Positions 39,092 to 48,517 of a DNA stretch of 64,000 nucleotides are shown piece after piece; the stretch's first letter is position 1; every line of letters starts with the position of its first letter. The notes under the pieces are model-generated. The model was not told the origin of the DNA and made no database searches. It worked only from the letters and a program-made list of their open reading frames with translations. Origin of the DNA: Candidatus Nanopelagicales bacterium (GTDB lineage Bacteria; Actinomycetota; Actinomycetes; S36-B12; UBA10799); NCBI GenBank assembly GCA_041393775.1, contig JAWKJM010000007.1, positions 3,279-67,278 of the forward strand, in the 5' to 3' direction. Position numbers and translations under genes: made by a program.

Positions 39092-39748
39092 ATGGACACT
39101 CAGGACCAAACCTACGCAGCACGGCTGGACATCGACTACCCGGAGAAACTCGATCGCGTATCCAGCGTCTTCCGCTTCATATGGATCATCCCGATCGCGA
39201 TAGTGATCGCCGCGCTGATGTCCAACGCCACGTCGACGTGGACAGTCGTCAACGAGTCCGGCGACACCGTGTCTCAGGTGACTCAAACCGGCGGTGGGAT
39301 CGTTGGGGGGCTGTTCGCGGCCACCCTGCTCATGATCCTGTTCCGGCAGCGCTATCCGCGCTGGTGGTTCGACTTCGCCCGGGAGTTGTACCGGTTCTCG
39401 ACGCGGGTGGGCGCCTACGCGGCGTTGGTCACCGATCAGTACCCGTCCACTGAGGACGAGCAGGCCGTCCACCTGGAACTGGACTACCCCGACGCCAAGC
39501 AGGACCTCAACCGATGGCTGCCGCTGGTGAAGTGGTTCCTGGCCATCCCGCACTACTTCGTCCTCTTCTTCCTGGGGATCGCCGCGTTGTTCTCCGTTGT
39601 GATCGCCTGGTTCGCCATCCTGTTCACCGGTAGGTACCCGAAGGGTCTCTTCGACTTCGTGGTGGGTGTGATGCGCTGGAGCCTGCGCGTCCAGGCCTAC
39701 GTCGGACTGCTCCTGACCGACAAGTACCCGCCATTCAGCCTGCGGTAG
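39092..39748 (+). CDS. DUF4389-like membrane protein
   Basis: Duplicated motif RYPRWWFDF / RYPKGLFDF, with IPHYFVLFFLGIAALF. An AGGAGG SD is present. Confidence 0.75.
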   Translation: MDTQDQTYAARLDIDYPEKLDRVSSVFRFIWIIPIAIVIAALMSNATSTWTVVNESGDTVSQVTQTGGGIVGGLFAATLLMILFRQRYPRWWFDFARELYRFSTRVGAYAALVTDQYPSTEDEQAVHLELDYPDAKQDLNRWLPLVKWFLAIPHYFVLFFLGIAALFSVVIAWFAILFTGRYPKGLFDFVVGVMRWSLRVQAYVGLLLTDKYPPFSLR

Positions 39749-39817
39749 CGCGCGACTGCGGAAGTTCGGGGCGCCGGCCGACTTCTCGCGAGCGAGACGG
39801 GCTTCACCGGGGTGTCG

Positions 39818-39945
39818 GGCGGCCTTTGTGACGATGTTGCGGCGCTGTCGGGCCGGGTTGTAACGAAGGTGCGCGCTCAGACCGACCTGCGGGGCCATCT
39901 TCGTAGCAAACCGCCTGGTGGGCTCGCAACTTCGTCACAAGAAGG
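39818..39945. repeat. Family B repeat, B5
   Basis: Arms TTTGTGACGATGTTGCG, TTGTAACGAAGGTGCG, CCATCTTCGTAGCA and CGCAACTTCGTCACA. Confidence 0.9.
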
Positions 39946-40094
39946 GCCCGACTAGGCCGGGGCCTGAGCCTGCGGGGCGGCCGGTCGCACCTGCAAGCAG
40001 GTCCCGGCGCCCGATGCGGTGGATCGCTTCGTCCGTCCGCGAATCCAGCGCTGCACCGGACCGTGAGTGATTGCCTTCGTCATGAGATCGCATC

Positions 40095-41600
40095 TCACTC
40101 CGGCTCGTTATCGTGGTCGCCGCCGATCACGAACGGGGTGACGACACCCTCGTACATGAGGTGCGCGACCAGTCCCTGGGTGGCGTGCGGGAGGTTGTGG
40201 CAATGGTCCATCCATATCCCGGGGTTGTCTGCGAGGAACGCGAGCTCAAACGTCTGGCCGTGGCCGACCTCGAGCGAGTCGACCCACCAGGGACTGCCCG
40301 TGGCCGCCACGCCGTCGCGTGACAGCACCAGCATGTGGTGGCCGTGCAGATGCATGGGGTGGACTTGTCCGCTGTTGTTCGTGATGGTGAACACGGCGAC
40401 ATCGCCCTCGCTGACCATGTACATCGGCACGTCCGGGTACATCTTGCCGTTGATGGTCCACCACAGGCCGGGCTTGCCGTCCAGGAGTCCCGGGCGCCGG
40501 CCGATGTCGTAGCGGAAGTGCCGGGAGGCCGATTGCGGGTCGAAGCCGATCTTCGGTGCGGGGACGCCGTAGGAAAGGAAGTCGACCTGCTGCTGCGGTG
40601 CGGGCGCGGTGGGCGCCTGGTCGTCGCCGATGGCCAGCGAGGCACCCGCGACCTGGACCCGCACGCCGCCCTTCTCGGGGACGCGCACCCGGAGGTCGGC
40701 CCGGCCCCCCGCGGTGACGAGCACGGACTGGTCCCTGATGAGGCCTGGCTCGTTGAGGTCACGCCCGTCGACGGCCACGACCCGGAACGGTGCTCCGGAC
40801 ACCCAGACCGGAATGGCCCCGTTGTCGGTGTTGATGACCCGCACCCGCACCGTCTCGCCGGGGCGTGCCGAGACGGGACTGTCCCCAGCCCGGCCGTTGA
40901 TCGTGCGGACCCCGTCGTACGTGTGCACAGCCGCAATGGCGTCGATTCCGTCATGCGTAACCGCCGGCTTCACGACCAGCACGCCGAACAAGCCCCCGAG
41001 GACCTGCTCGTGGGACACCTGATGCGAGTGGTACCAATACGTGCCGACGTCCTGCGCCACGAACCGATAGGTGTAGTCGCCGCCCGGTGGGATGGCGTCC
41101 TGGGTCACGCCGGCCACCCCGTCGGCCGCATTGGGGACGTCCACCCCGTGCCAGTGGACGGTCATCCCATCCGTCACGTTCTGGTTGTGGACGCGGACTT
41201 CGACCAGTTGCCCGACAGTGGCCTCCAGGGCGGGTCCCGGCGAGGTGCCGTTGAAGGCGTAGCCCGTGATCTGCCGGCCGTCGGCGAGTTGCACTGTGCC
41301 CTGGCTTGCGGTCAGTTCGAAGACCACGTCTGCCGCCCGCTCCGAGTCGGCGACCAGGCTGGTGACGCTGACCGACGGCCCGTCGTTCATGTGGTGGGTC
41401 ATCGGCGCCCCGCCGGTGTCGATGGTCCCCATCGACGTGACTGCGTACGCGGAGGACAGCCGACTGGTGAACCAGTAGCCCGCGACGACTGCCAGGAGAA
41501 CCAGTGCCAGCGCCAGCGGCACGACCTTGCGCCAGGACGGCAACGGGCCCTGGAAAGCCTCGTCCGGTTCCTCGGTGTCCTGCAGCTGCGGAGTCGTCAC
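40095..41600 (-). CDS. multicopper oxidase (laccase-like), N-terminal membrane anchor/signal
   Basis: Copper ligand motifs HWHG, YHSH, HPMHLHGH and HCHNLPHATQGL are present. Confidence 0.85.
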   Translation of the reverse strand: MTTPQLQDTEEPDEAFQGPLPSWRKVVPLALALVLLAVVAGYWFTSRLSSAYAVTSMGTIDTGGAPMTHHMNDGPSVSVTSLVADSERAADVVFELTASQGTVQLADGRQITGYAFNGTSPGPALEATVGQLVEVRVHNQNVTDGMTVHWHGVDVPNAADGVAGVTQDAIPPGGDYTYRFVAQDVGTYWYHSHQVSHEQVLGGLFGVLVVKPAVTHDGIDAIAAVHTYDGVRTINGRAGDSPVSARPGETVRVRVINTDNGAIPVWVSGAPFRVVAVDGRDLNEPGLIRDQSVLVTAGGRADLRVRVPEKGGVRVQVAGASLAIGDDQAPTAPAPQQQVDFLSYGVPAPKIGFDPQSASRHFRYDIGRRPGLLDGKPGLWWTINGKMYPDVPMYMVSEGDVAVFTITNNSGQVHPMHLHGHHMLVLSRDGVAATGSPWWVDSLEVGHGQTFELAFLADNPGIWMDHCHNLPHATQGLVAHLMYEGVVTPFVIGGDHDNEPE

Positions 41601-42141
41601 TGATTCGTCGATCGACTACGCGAACAGGGTCTGGGTGGGAGCAGTCCGCGCGGTCACGGCCGGCCCTCGCGCCAGGTGGGCGGCGACCACCCAAACAAGC
41701 ACCTCGTACGCCTTGCGCATGATCGAAACCCCTCTCGGCAAGGGCGCCGCTTGCGGCATCGGCCACCCATCTGACACGAGGCTCACGCGTCCATGTCCCG
41801 GGTGTCATGGGCGGTGTCCCGGGTGATTCCGGGAAATCACACCGCGGCCTTCCCCTTCGTGAATTCGCTTCGCCACCGCTGAGTGACACCGAGTCTCGCG
41901 ACGGCCGGGTTCAAAGGGTCTTGGAGCCGATCTGCAGGACCGCTGCGAGCGAGGTGTCGTCGCGACTTGCGGACGTGGGGCGTCCGGTGGCCGCGTCACG
42001 ACGGACAGGATTCCCGTCACCAGCAGGTCTGGCCCCGACCTGGCGACCGGCCCAAGGCCCTCGCGTCCACGGGTGCTCTGGTCCATGGTCTCGAGGTCGC
42101 CGTTCTACAGTGGGACATCTTCGCGTACCGATGGGAGCACC

Positions 42142-43194
42142 ATGCCAGAGAAGATGAATGCCCAGCAACACGCGATCCGCGGGGTGATCCGGGGTCTTGG
42201 GATGCTCCCCGAACGTGCCCAGCGCCTGATCGCCGGCAAGCCGGTGGAGATCGACGGGCAGCGGTTGCTCACCGAGGTGCAGATGGCTCTGAGGCTGGTC
42301 AACGCGATACCGGGTTCGAGTTTTGAAGACCTGCCCTTGGACCAGGCTCGTGCACAGATCGATGAGGAGGCGTTGATCTTCGGCGCCTCCGAGACGGTGG
42401 ATGTCGTCGAGGACATCCGGATCCCCACCCGGGATGGATCGATCCCGGGGCGTGTCTACATCGGCTCCGCCAACCACGAGCCCCGCGGTTCGGTGGTGTA
42501 CTTCCACGGCGGCGGCTGGGTCGTCGGGAGTCTGGTCTCCGTGGATTCGGTGTGCCGTTTCCTGGCGGCATCCACGGACCTGGTGATCGTGGCGGCCGAC
42601 TACCGGCTGGCGCCCGAGCACCCGTTCCCGGCCGCGGTGGACGACGCCGTGGACTCCTATCGCTGGCTGCGGTCGCACCCGGAATGGGGAGCAACGGTGG
42701 CGGTGGCAGGGGACAGCGCGGGTGGCAATCTCTCTGCCGTCGTATGTGCCGAGACGCTCGCCGATGAGGCCGGCCCTCCGGACTTCCAGTTGCTGTTCTT
42801 CCCCGTCACCGACACGAGCACCAAGCACCGTTCGTACGAACTGTTCTCCGATGGCTTCTTCCTCACCGAGAAGCAGATGGACTGGTACATCGGTCACTAT
42901 CTGCCCGATCCGGCGGACAGGCTGGACCCCCGGGCCTCACCGTTGCTCGGGGATCCGACCGGTCATCCGCCGGCCCACGTTGCGGTCTCGGGCTTCGACG
43001 TCCTGCGTGACGAGGGCCTCGCCTACGCGCAGAGACTGCGCGCCGCAGGCGTTCCCACGACTGTGCAGTTCGTGGAGGGCCACGTCCACGCGTTCGTCAA
43101 CGCCACGGGGGTCGGCAAGTGGAGCAAGCGGGCCTTGGCTGAAGCGGTCCGGGCGCTGTCGGACGGAATGCGACGCGCCCGCGAAGACTCGTGA
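42142..43194 (+). CDS. alpha/beta hydrolase, hormone-sensitive-lipase-like esterase
   Basis: Motifs HGGGW and GDSAGGNL are present. A GGGAG SD precedes ATG 42142. Confidence 0.85.
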   Translation: MPEKMNAQQHAIRGVIRGLGMLPERAQRLIAGKPVEIDGQRLLTEVQMALRLVNAIPGSSFEDLPLDQARAQIDEEALIFGASETVDVVEDIRIPTRDGSIPGRVYIGSANHEPRGSVVYFHGGGWVVGSLVSVDSVCRFLAASTDLVIVAADYRLAPEHPFPAAVDDAVDSYRWLRSHPEWGATVAVAGDSAGGNLSAVVCAETLADEAGPPDFQLLFFPVTDTSTKHRSYELFSDGFFLTEKQMDWYIGHYLPDPADRLDPRASPLLGDPTGHPPAHVAVSGFDVLRDEGLAYAQRLRAAGVPTTVQFVEGHVHAFVNATGVGKWSKRALAEAVRALSDGMRRAREDS

Positions 43195-43249
43195 ACGGTG
43201 TGGACCCGGGGTCGGGCGAGGTAGCGGCCACTTGTTCGTGCACCGGGCC

Positions 43250-43385
43250 GCCACGATTGTGACGAAGCTGGCGGCCGCGCCCGTGTCGTGTTACGAAGGT
43301 GCGGGGTCTGGCCGGTCGCGACCGCGCACCTTCGCAACAATCCAGGGTTGGGCCCCGCAGCTTCGTCACACAAGGTGCGCGCGGG
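43250..43385. repeat. Family B repeat, B6 (nested complementarity)
   Basis: Arms ATTGTGACGAAGCTG, TGTTACGAAGGTGCG, CGCACCTTCGCAACA and CAGCTTCGTCACA. Confidence 0.9.
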
Positions 43386-43431
43386 TCGCCAGAACCACGA
43401 GTGTCCGACCAGGGAGGCCAACCCGCCCTGG

Positions 43432-43551
43432 CTAGCCCCCGGCGACCTGCTGGAACATCCAGATCCCCAGGCCGATTCCCACAAGGATCGCGATCAGTTG
43501 CACGATGGCCAACGCGGCTTTCCAGGTGGCCGTGGATGGCGGTTGACTCAT
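43432..43551 (-). CDS. 39-aa single-TM peptide (not in the ORF track)
   Basis: It reads MSQPPSTATWKAALAIVQLIAILVGIGLGIWMFQQVAGG. Its ATG overlaps the TGA of the upstream SHOCT gene (ATGA at 43548-43551). Confidence 0.4.
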   Translation of the reverse strand: MSQPPSTATWKAALAIVQLIAILVGIGLGIWMFQQVAGG

Positions 43552-44189
43552 GACCGATCCTCCAGAACCCGTTGCTTGGCGACCCGGAATTCCTCGTCGC
43601 TGAGCGCGCCGGTCCGGTGTAGGAGGCTCAAGCGCTCCAATGCCTCCGGAAGCGAGTCGTCGGGCTGTGGAGCCGGCGGCCCCGTGGCTGCTGGCCCGAC
43701 CGAAAGGATTGGCGGCCGGGCCGATCTGTCAGGGGCGTCCGCCCAGAACAGCTGCCTCGCGACACCGGAACTGGCTAGTGCCAACAGCGGCAGTCCGCCC
43801 ATTGCGACGAACACCACTCCGCAGATGATCCAGCCCCAGACCAAGCCCTGCGATCCGTCCGGCGGATTGAGCCCATACTCCCAGAAGTTCCAGCCAAGAC
43901 TGAGGAACAACGCCGACCAGGCCAGCAGGGTCAACCGTGGCCCCGGGAGTTTCGACGAGGTGACGGCGTACATCCAAAGCCCGATGAGCCCACCGATGAT
44001 CCCGAGCGGTAGAAGTGCTGCCGTGCCTTCCGGACATGGCTGCGCGATGACGTAGGGACCGCCGGAGGCGCACGAGCCGCCGATGTCCATCACTGCCCGC
44101 ATGCTCAAGAAGACCAGGGTGAGGCCGGTGGACACGATGATCAGACCGAGGAACATCACCAGGATTCGGCGCAGGCTCACGGCATCCAT
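43548..44189 (-). CDS. membrane protein with C-terminal SHOCT domain
   Basis: About 5 TM helices, followed by LERLSLLHRTGALSDEEFRVAKQRVLE. Confidence 0.7.
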   Translation of the reverse strand: MDAVSLRRILVMFLGLIIVSTGLTLVFLSMRAVMDIGGSCASGGPYVIAQPCPEGTAALLPLGIIGGLIGLWMYAVTSSKLPGPRLTLLAWSALFLSLGWNFWEYGLNPPDGSQGLVWGWIICGVVFVAMGGLPLLALASSGVARQLFWADAPDRSARPPILSVGPAATGPPAPQPDDSLPEALERLSLLHRTGALSDEEFRVAKQRVLEDRS

Positions 44190-44340
44190 GGGTCACATGA
44201 TGCCCTGAGTGGATCGCGTCATATCTTGCGCAACGCCAGCGAGATCCAACTCCGCGTCCTGCCTGCCGGCTCACAACCCCGCTGGCGCGAAGTTGACGCG
44301 ACCAGGCGGGCGGCTCGCGGGACTGCACCAGTTCGCACAC

Positions 44341-44575
44341 GGTTCGTGTGCTGCGGAGTTGGCTGTTCTCTAGTCCGAAGATGGCTGGTGCACTCGGTCG
44401 CCGCAGAAGTGGGCCGCGAGGTTAGAGAATGGTCGCGAGGTTAGAGAACGTGCACGAGGTTAGTGAACGCACGTGTGGCTTCTCTAACCTCGTGCACGTT
44501 CTCTAACGCGAGCGATTTCCGCCCGGCATTTTCCCGCCTGAACGGGTGGCCGGCCACGGCCCGGGACGGCCACCT
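44341..44575 (-). repeat. Family A repeat, copy A5
   Basis: Partial and full T-units, a core at 44417-44508, and one S-unit. Confidence 0.9.
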
Positions 44576-44655
44576 GCGCCTGCGCGTAGAAGAAGGGATC
44601 GGACGCAGACTGCGGATCCCGGGCTGCTTTGATGCGCGCCAGCCACAGGTCGCAG

Positions 44656-45401
44656 TCACCGCAGGCGGGCCCGAACGTCCGTTTGGCTCCCACCCCGGAA
44701 GTCGAACTGGCCGGTGCTCAGGATGACCTCCTCGCCGTCAGCGAGCATCAGGACCTCCACCGTGTGACGGCCAACCTTCTGGTTGCATTGGATGTATGCG
44801 TACGACGCGGTGAAGTTCTCGGAGTAGATCCGGCCCCACATCCAGTAGTCGATCACGCTCTGGAACGGGAAGTCCAGCCAGTTGTGGTCGTGATAGCCGA
44901 TGCCCGTGACCCGGTGGGTCTGCGCACCATCCCGGATCGTCCCCTCGACGGCGGCGCGTGCGAACGGGATCACCCAGCCGAAGGAGCCCAGATCGCCGAA
45001 ATGCGAAAGACCCGTCCCGGGTTTCCAGCCGTTGACCTGTGCCCGATAGGTGAGTCGGCAGGCGAGATCCGGCTCTTCCACGACGATCTCGTATCCGGGA
45101 AGCTCACCCGGCTTGTGCTCGACCCGCAGTGTGTTGCCGCCGATGGTGACTTCGGCTTTGTCCCGGGCGGCCGAGAAACTCGACGTGGGGTGGGGAAGGA
45201 TTTCTGGACCCCGTGGCCGTCCGGCCTGAGCAGCACCACCTCGATGCCCGTCTTCCCCTTCCGTCCCGGATTGGTGTTGGAGGCGTGGAAGAAGACCACG
45301 ATCGTATGCCCGCTGTCCAGGTGAGCGTCGAAATGCCACCATTCGTAGAGACCCCGCTTGCCCATGTCGATAGGGAGTCCGTCGTCAGCCGGCTGCAGCA
45401 C
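44656..45401 (-). pseudogene. CrtC/AttH-like (hydroxyneurosporene-synthase-family) gene with an apparent frameshift
   Basis: The N-terminal part (LYEWWHFDAHLDSGHTIVVFFHASN...) is in the frame of ORF 44970..45401. The remainder (AEVTIGGNTLRVEHK...GYHDHNWLDFPF...YWMWGRIY) is in the frame of ORF 44656..45342. The switch lies near TTCCCCACCCCA (~45195), which contains C-runs. Confidence 0.55.
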
Positions 45402-45663
45402 TTCGATGTGGGACCCCTGCCGGCCGGGCCGGTCCGACCTTCGATGACCGCAGTCAGATCGGCCATGCGCGACTCGTCAAGTGGAGGCAGTCTCCGGCCT
45501 CCGTTGCACTCAAAAGCCTGTTTGAGGGCTTGATCGAATTCTCCCACTTCCGGGACTCTCGGGTCAGCGTCACGCGCACGTGGCTGCAGGGAGGGCAGCC
45601 GTCTGACGAGTGTGTCCGGGGCCGGCACTTAGTGTCAGCGCCGGCACCCGCACGTGCTACTGG

Positions 45664-46359
45664 TCAGTCCGGCCACACCCCTGTCCCGAACAGGTGGTAC
45701 GTCGGGTCGAAGCCGACCCGGCTGTTGAGTTCGAGGATGATGGCCGGGACCATCGCCTGGACGATGTACTCGTAGTCGTCGGGCGTGCCGACTAGTCGTT
45801 GGAGGGCGAGGATCCTGCTGTCTCCTTGGCGCTCGATCTTCAAGGTCAGAAGGTCGCTGCCGCCGGGGTCCTGAACACGGGCTGTCCCGCTGCCCAGTTC
45901 ATGCTGCTTGGCCCGCATCCAGGCGCGCACCCTGCCCGCCAGTTCCAGGGAGATGTCGACGGTGGACATCGCGCCGATCCCATGCCAACCGATCCGGGCG
46001 ACCTGCTGGTTCTCGCGCAGCACCATCGTGCCGTGCAGGCTCTGCTTGATGCTCAGCCACATGGACTGCAAATCCCAGACCTGGGCGCTGCGTCCCCCCG
46101 GCGCCCAGGAGCCCTGAACGACCCAGCCGACCTGCGTGCCGGCCCCATCTAGCACCGGCCAGTGGTTGCCGGCTTGTACGACATAGCGCAGGAGTCCGGA
46201 CCGCAGGCCCAGGCCGTCCGCCGCCGGTGGTTCCGGCCACGTGGGCGCGTCTTCAGCGGCCTGCCCTGCGTCGGCGACAGCTTCGGTCCACCGCTGGCCG
46301 TCCCAGTAGCGCAACTCGTGCCGACCGCTGGGATCGGGCAGCCAGGAAGCGTCAACCAT
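45664..46359 (-). CDS. DUF2510-domain protein with beta-rich C-terminal domain
   Basis: The N-terminus WLPDPSGRHELRYWDGQRWTE matches the DUF2510 signature. Confidence 0.7.
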   Translation of the reverse strand: MVDASWLPDPSGRHELRYWDGQRWTEAVADAGQAAEDAPTWPEPPAADGLGLRSGLLRYVVQAGNHWPVLDGAGTQVGWVVQGSWAPGGRSAQVWDLQSMWLSIKQSLHGTMVLRENQQVARIGWHGIGAMSTVDISLELAGRVRAWMRAKQHELGSGTARVQDPGGSDLLTLKIERQGDSRILALQRLVGTPDDYEYIVQAMVPAIILELNSRVGFDPTYHLFGTGVWPD

Positions 46360-46444
46360 GGATGCACCTTACGATGTCGCGCGCGTCTTCACTCCTCCCC
46401 GGAGTGGGGGAACGCCGGGTGAAGATCCACCGGGTTCGCGTCGG

Positions 46445-46686
46445 GCATCCGCGTCCGGGGCCGATCGCGGCGTTCAGGAGGGAGAATGCCGGGCGGAAAC
46501 CGCTCGGGTTAGAGATCGTGCACGAGGTTAGAGAAGCCACACGTGCGTTCTCTAACCTCGTGCACGATCTCTAACCTCGCGACCATTCTCTAACCTCGCA
46601 GCCCACTTCTGCGGCGACCGAGTACACGAGCCATGATCTCTAACCTCGCGGCCAACTCCCGTGGCCACCGAGGACACGAGCCATCG
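46445..46686 (+). repeat. Family A repeat, copy A6
   Basis: One S-unit and a core. Four TCTCTAACCTCG copies lie on the right side, followed by two T-like units. Confidence 0.9.
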
Positions 46687-46716
46687 ACGGTCTGGGCCCG
46701 CAGGTCGGCGCCGGGA

Positions 46717-47748
46717 TCACGCTGGAAGGTATGCGGCCAGTGCCTCGAGTAGGGCGGGACGATCCCCGAACGGCAGCGCGATCAGAGTGTCGACGCCGCA
46801 GTCCGCGTAGGCGGTCAACTGACCCTCCAGCGTGGCTGGCGTGGCGGGGATGGCCGCCAGGTCGATCAACTCGGGGGTCAGCGCGGCGGCCGCGGCCAGT
46901 TTGTCGCCAGCCAGGAAGGCCTGCTGGCAGGCGCTGGCCGCGTCACCAAGTCCGTACCGGCCTGCAAGCTCGACGTAGAAGTTCTTGTCCTTCGCGCCCA
47001 TCGCCCCGAAGTAGAAGGTCAGGATCGGGCGGAGCAGGTCGCGTGCGGCTTCGGTGGTTTCAGCCAGTGCGATGGGGACGTTGGGTGCGATGTTGACGTC
47101 CTCCCGCCGGCGTCCGGCAGCGGCGATGCCGTCCAGGAGGGGCCGGTTGAGCATGTCGGCGTACTGCGGGCTGTAGAAGGCCGGCAGCCAGCCGTCGGCG
47201 ATCTGCCCGCATTGATGGACGGTCTTCTCGCCCATCACACCGAGGTAGATGGGGATGGTGTCCTGCACCGGGCGGCCGATCATCTTCAGGGGCTTACCGA
47301 GGCCGAGCCCGCCGGCCAGGTTGGGCAACTGCCAGTGCTTTCCCTCGTACTGCACCGGCGCATGGGACCACGCGAGCCGCACGATATCGATGTACTCCCG
47401 AGTGCGTCCCAGCGGCGAGACGAAGGGGACGCCGTACCATCCCTCGGAGACCTGTGGCCCGGACAGGCCCAGGCCCAGCATCACACGGCCGCCTGAGAGT
47501 TGATCGAGGGTCGAGGCCGCCGATGCCGCTGTCGTCGGCTGGCGTGCGGGTATCTGCATGATCGCGGCTCCCAGCCGGATGCGCTGCGTCGCGCCGGCCA
47601 GCATCCCCAGCACTGCGGTGGCGTCCTGGCCCCAGGTCTCCGCGACCCACGCGCTGTGGAAGCCGAGGTCGTCGGCCAACTGCGCGAGGCGGATCTGCTC
47701 GTCGAGCCGAATCCAGGGTGCATATGCCAATGAAACGGCCAGGTCCAT
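46717..47748 (-). CDS. LLM-class (luciferase-like) F420-dependent oxidoreductase
   Basis: Sequence LAQLADDLGFHSAWVAETWGQDA...GGRVMLGLGLSGPQVSEGWYG. A GGAGG SD precedes ATG 47748. Confidence 0.85.
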   Translation of the reverse strand: MDLAVSLAYAPWIRLDEQIRLAQLADDLGFHSAWVAETWGQDATAVLGMLAGATQRIRLGAAIMQIPARQPTTAASAASTLDQLSGGRVMLGLGLSGPQVSEGWYGVPFVSPLGRTREYIDIVRLAWSHAPVQYEGKHWQLPNLAGGLGLGKPLKMIGRPVQDTIPIYLGVMGEKTVHQCGQIADGWLPAFYSPQYADMLNRPLLDGIAAAGRRREDVNIAPNVPIALAETTEAARDLLRPILTFYFGAMGAKDKNFYVELAGRYGLGDAASACQQAFLAGDKLAAAAALTPELIDLAAIPATPATLEGQLTAYADCGVDTLIALPFGDRPALLEALAAYLPA

Positions 47749-47908
47749 CGCTACCTCCAACTGTCCGACCCGCCGGAGGTCCGGCGAGGTGTGATAACCC
47801 GAGTCTGTCAGGCCAGCCGTGCTCGCCGCCGCGATTCCGGGCTCCGGCTTCGATTACCCGCAGGTACGCCTGACGCCTGGCCCTCAACGCGCGCGGCTCT
47901 GCCGTTGT

Positions 47909-48262
47909 TCAGTCGCGGTGCTGAATGACGTTGACGACGTTGCCGTCCGGAGCCCGCACCAAGAACCTGCGCACGCCCCAGCTCTCCGTGGTGAGCGGGT
48001 GCACGATCTCGTAGCCGGATTCGCGCGCTTCCTGGTAGGCGCCCTCGACGTCATCGGTGTGGATAGAAATGACGGAGTCTTCGCGTGCGGTCGCGTCGCC
48101 GGTGACCAATTGTACCCGCGCGCCTGTGTCCGGTGAGGTGTAGCGCGCCACCCAGCCCATGTTGAACTCCTCGGTCGTCAGCCCCAAGTAGCGGGTGTAG
48201 AAGTCCTTGGCCCGATCGACGTCATCCACATGGAGATTGGGCATTATTCGCAGGGCCCGCAT
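47909..48262 (-). CDS. VOC/glyoxalase-bleomycin-resistance family protein
   Basis: 117 aa. It contains PNLHVDDVDRAKDFYTRYLGL and ends RFLVRAPDGNVVNVIQH. Confidence 0.8.
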   Translation of the reverse strand: MRALRIMPNLHVDDVDRAKDFYTRYLGLTTEEFNMGWVARYTSPDTGARVQLVTGDATAREDSVISIHTDDVEGAYQEARESGYEIVHPLTTESWGVRRFLVRAPDGNVVNVIQHRD

Positions 48263-48301
48263 GTCGTTCTCCTATCTGTTCGACCGACGCCGAGTCGCCA
48301 A

Positions 48302-48438
48302 GGGCGGCGTCCGGTGTCTTTGTCACGAAGGTGCGCCGTCCAGATGGTGGTTTGTGACGAAGGTGCTGGGTCCACCGGGCGTTGCGCCCGCACCTTCGAT
48401 ACAAAAGGCCCGGCGCCGCCCGCACCTTCGTAACACAG
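48302..48438. repeat. Family B repeat, B7
   Basis: Arms TTTGTCACGAAGGTGCG, TTTGTGACGAAGGTGC, CGCACCTTCGATACA and CGCACCTTCGTAACA. Confidence 0.9.
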
Positions 48439-48517
48439 GTGGCTCCATCGTGCGACTGGTGCGCGGGGCGCGGCACCGCCGACGAGCCGGATCGACTCCG
48501 GGCAGCCCGTTGCCGAT

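Noticed and set aside
43250-43385. The GAAGGTGCG in family B arms matches the start of the IS5 terminal inverted repeat (GGAAGGTGCG), as far as I recall. This could suggest IS5-derived MITEs.
   Set aside because: Only a 9-mer is shared. In family B the palindrome continues outward (TGTTAC.../...GTAACA) rather than ending at that motif. There are four arms rather than two, and no IS5-type transposase is in the window. The similarity is probably coincidence.
45104-45628. ORF 45104..45628 (-) suggested a second, more upstream frameshift and a longer N-terminus for the CrtC/AttH-like gene (…MADLTAVIEGRTGPAGRG…).
   Set aside because: The frame carrying the conserved EWW region is itself open upstream and has a usable GTG at 45401. 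The extra N-terminal sequence has no recognisable similarity, so a second frameshift is not required.
46227-46574. A recurrent peptide is encoded across every family A core: ...ENVHEVREATRAF(T/S)NLVH(V/D)L followed by a stop. It is seen in ORFs 5959..6213, 23902..24111, 44441..44659 and 46227..46574. This could suggest a small conserved protein.
   Set aside because: The core is a palindrome, so both strands give the same peptide. Differences between copies are mirrored in both arms, which indicates DNA-level conservation. The upstream parts of the ORFs are unrelated, and no SD or consistent start is present.
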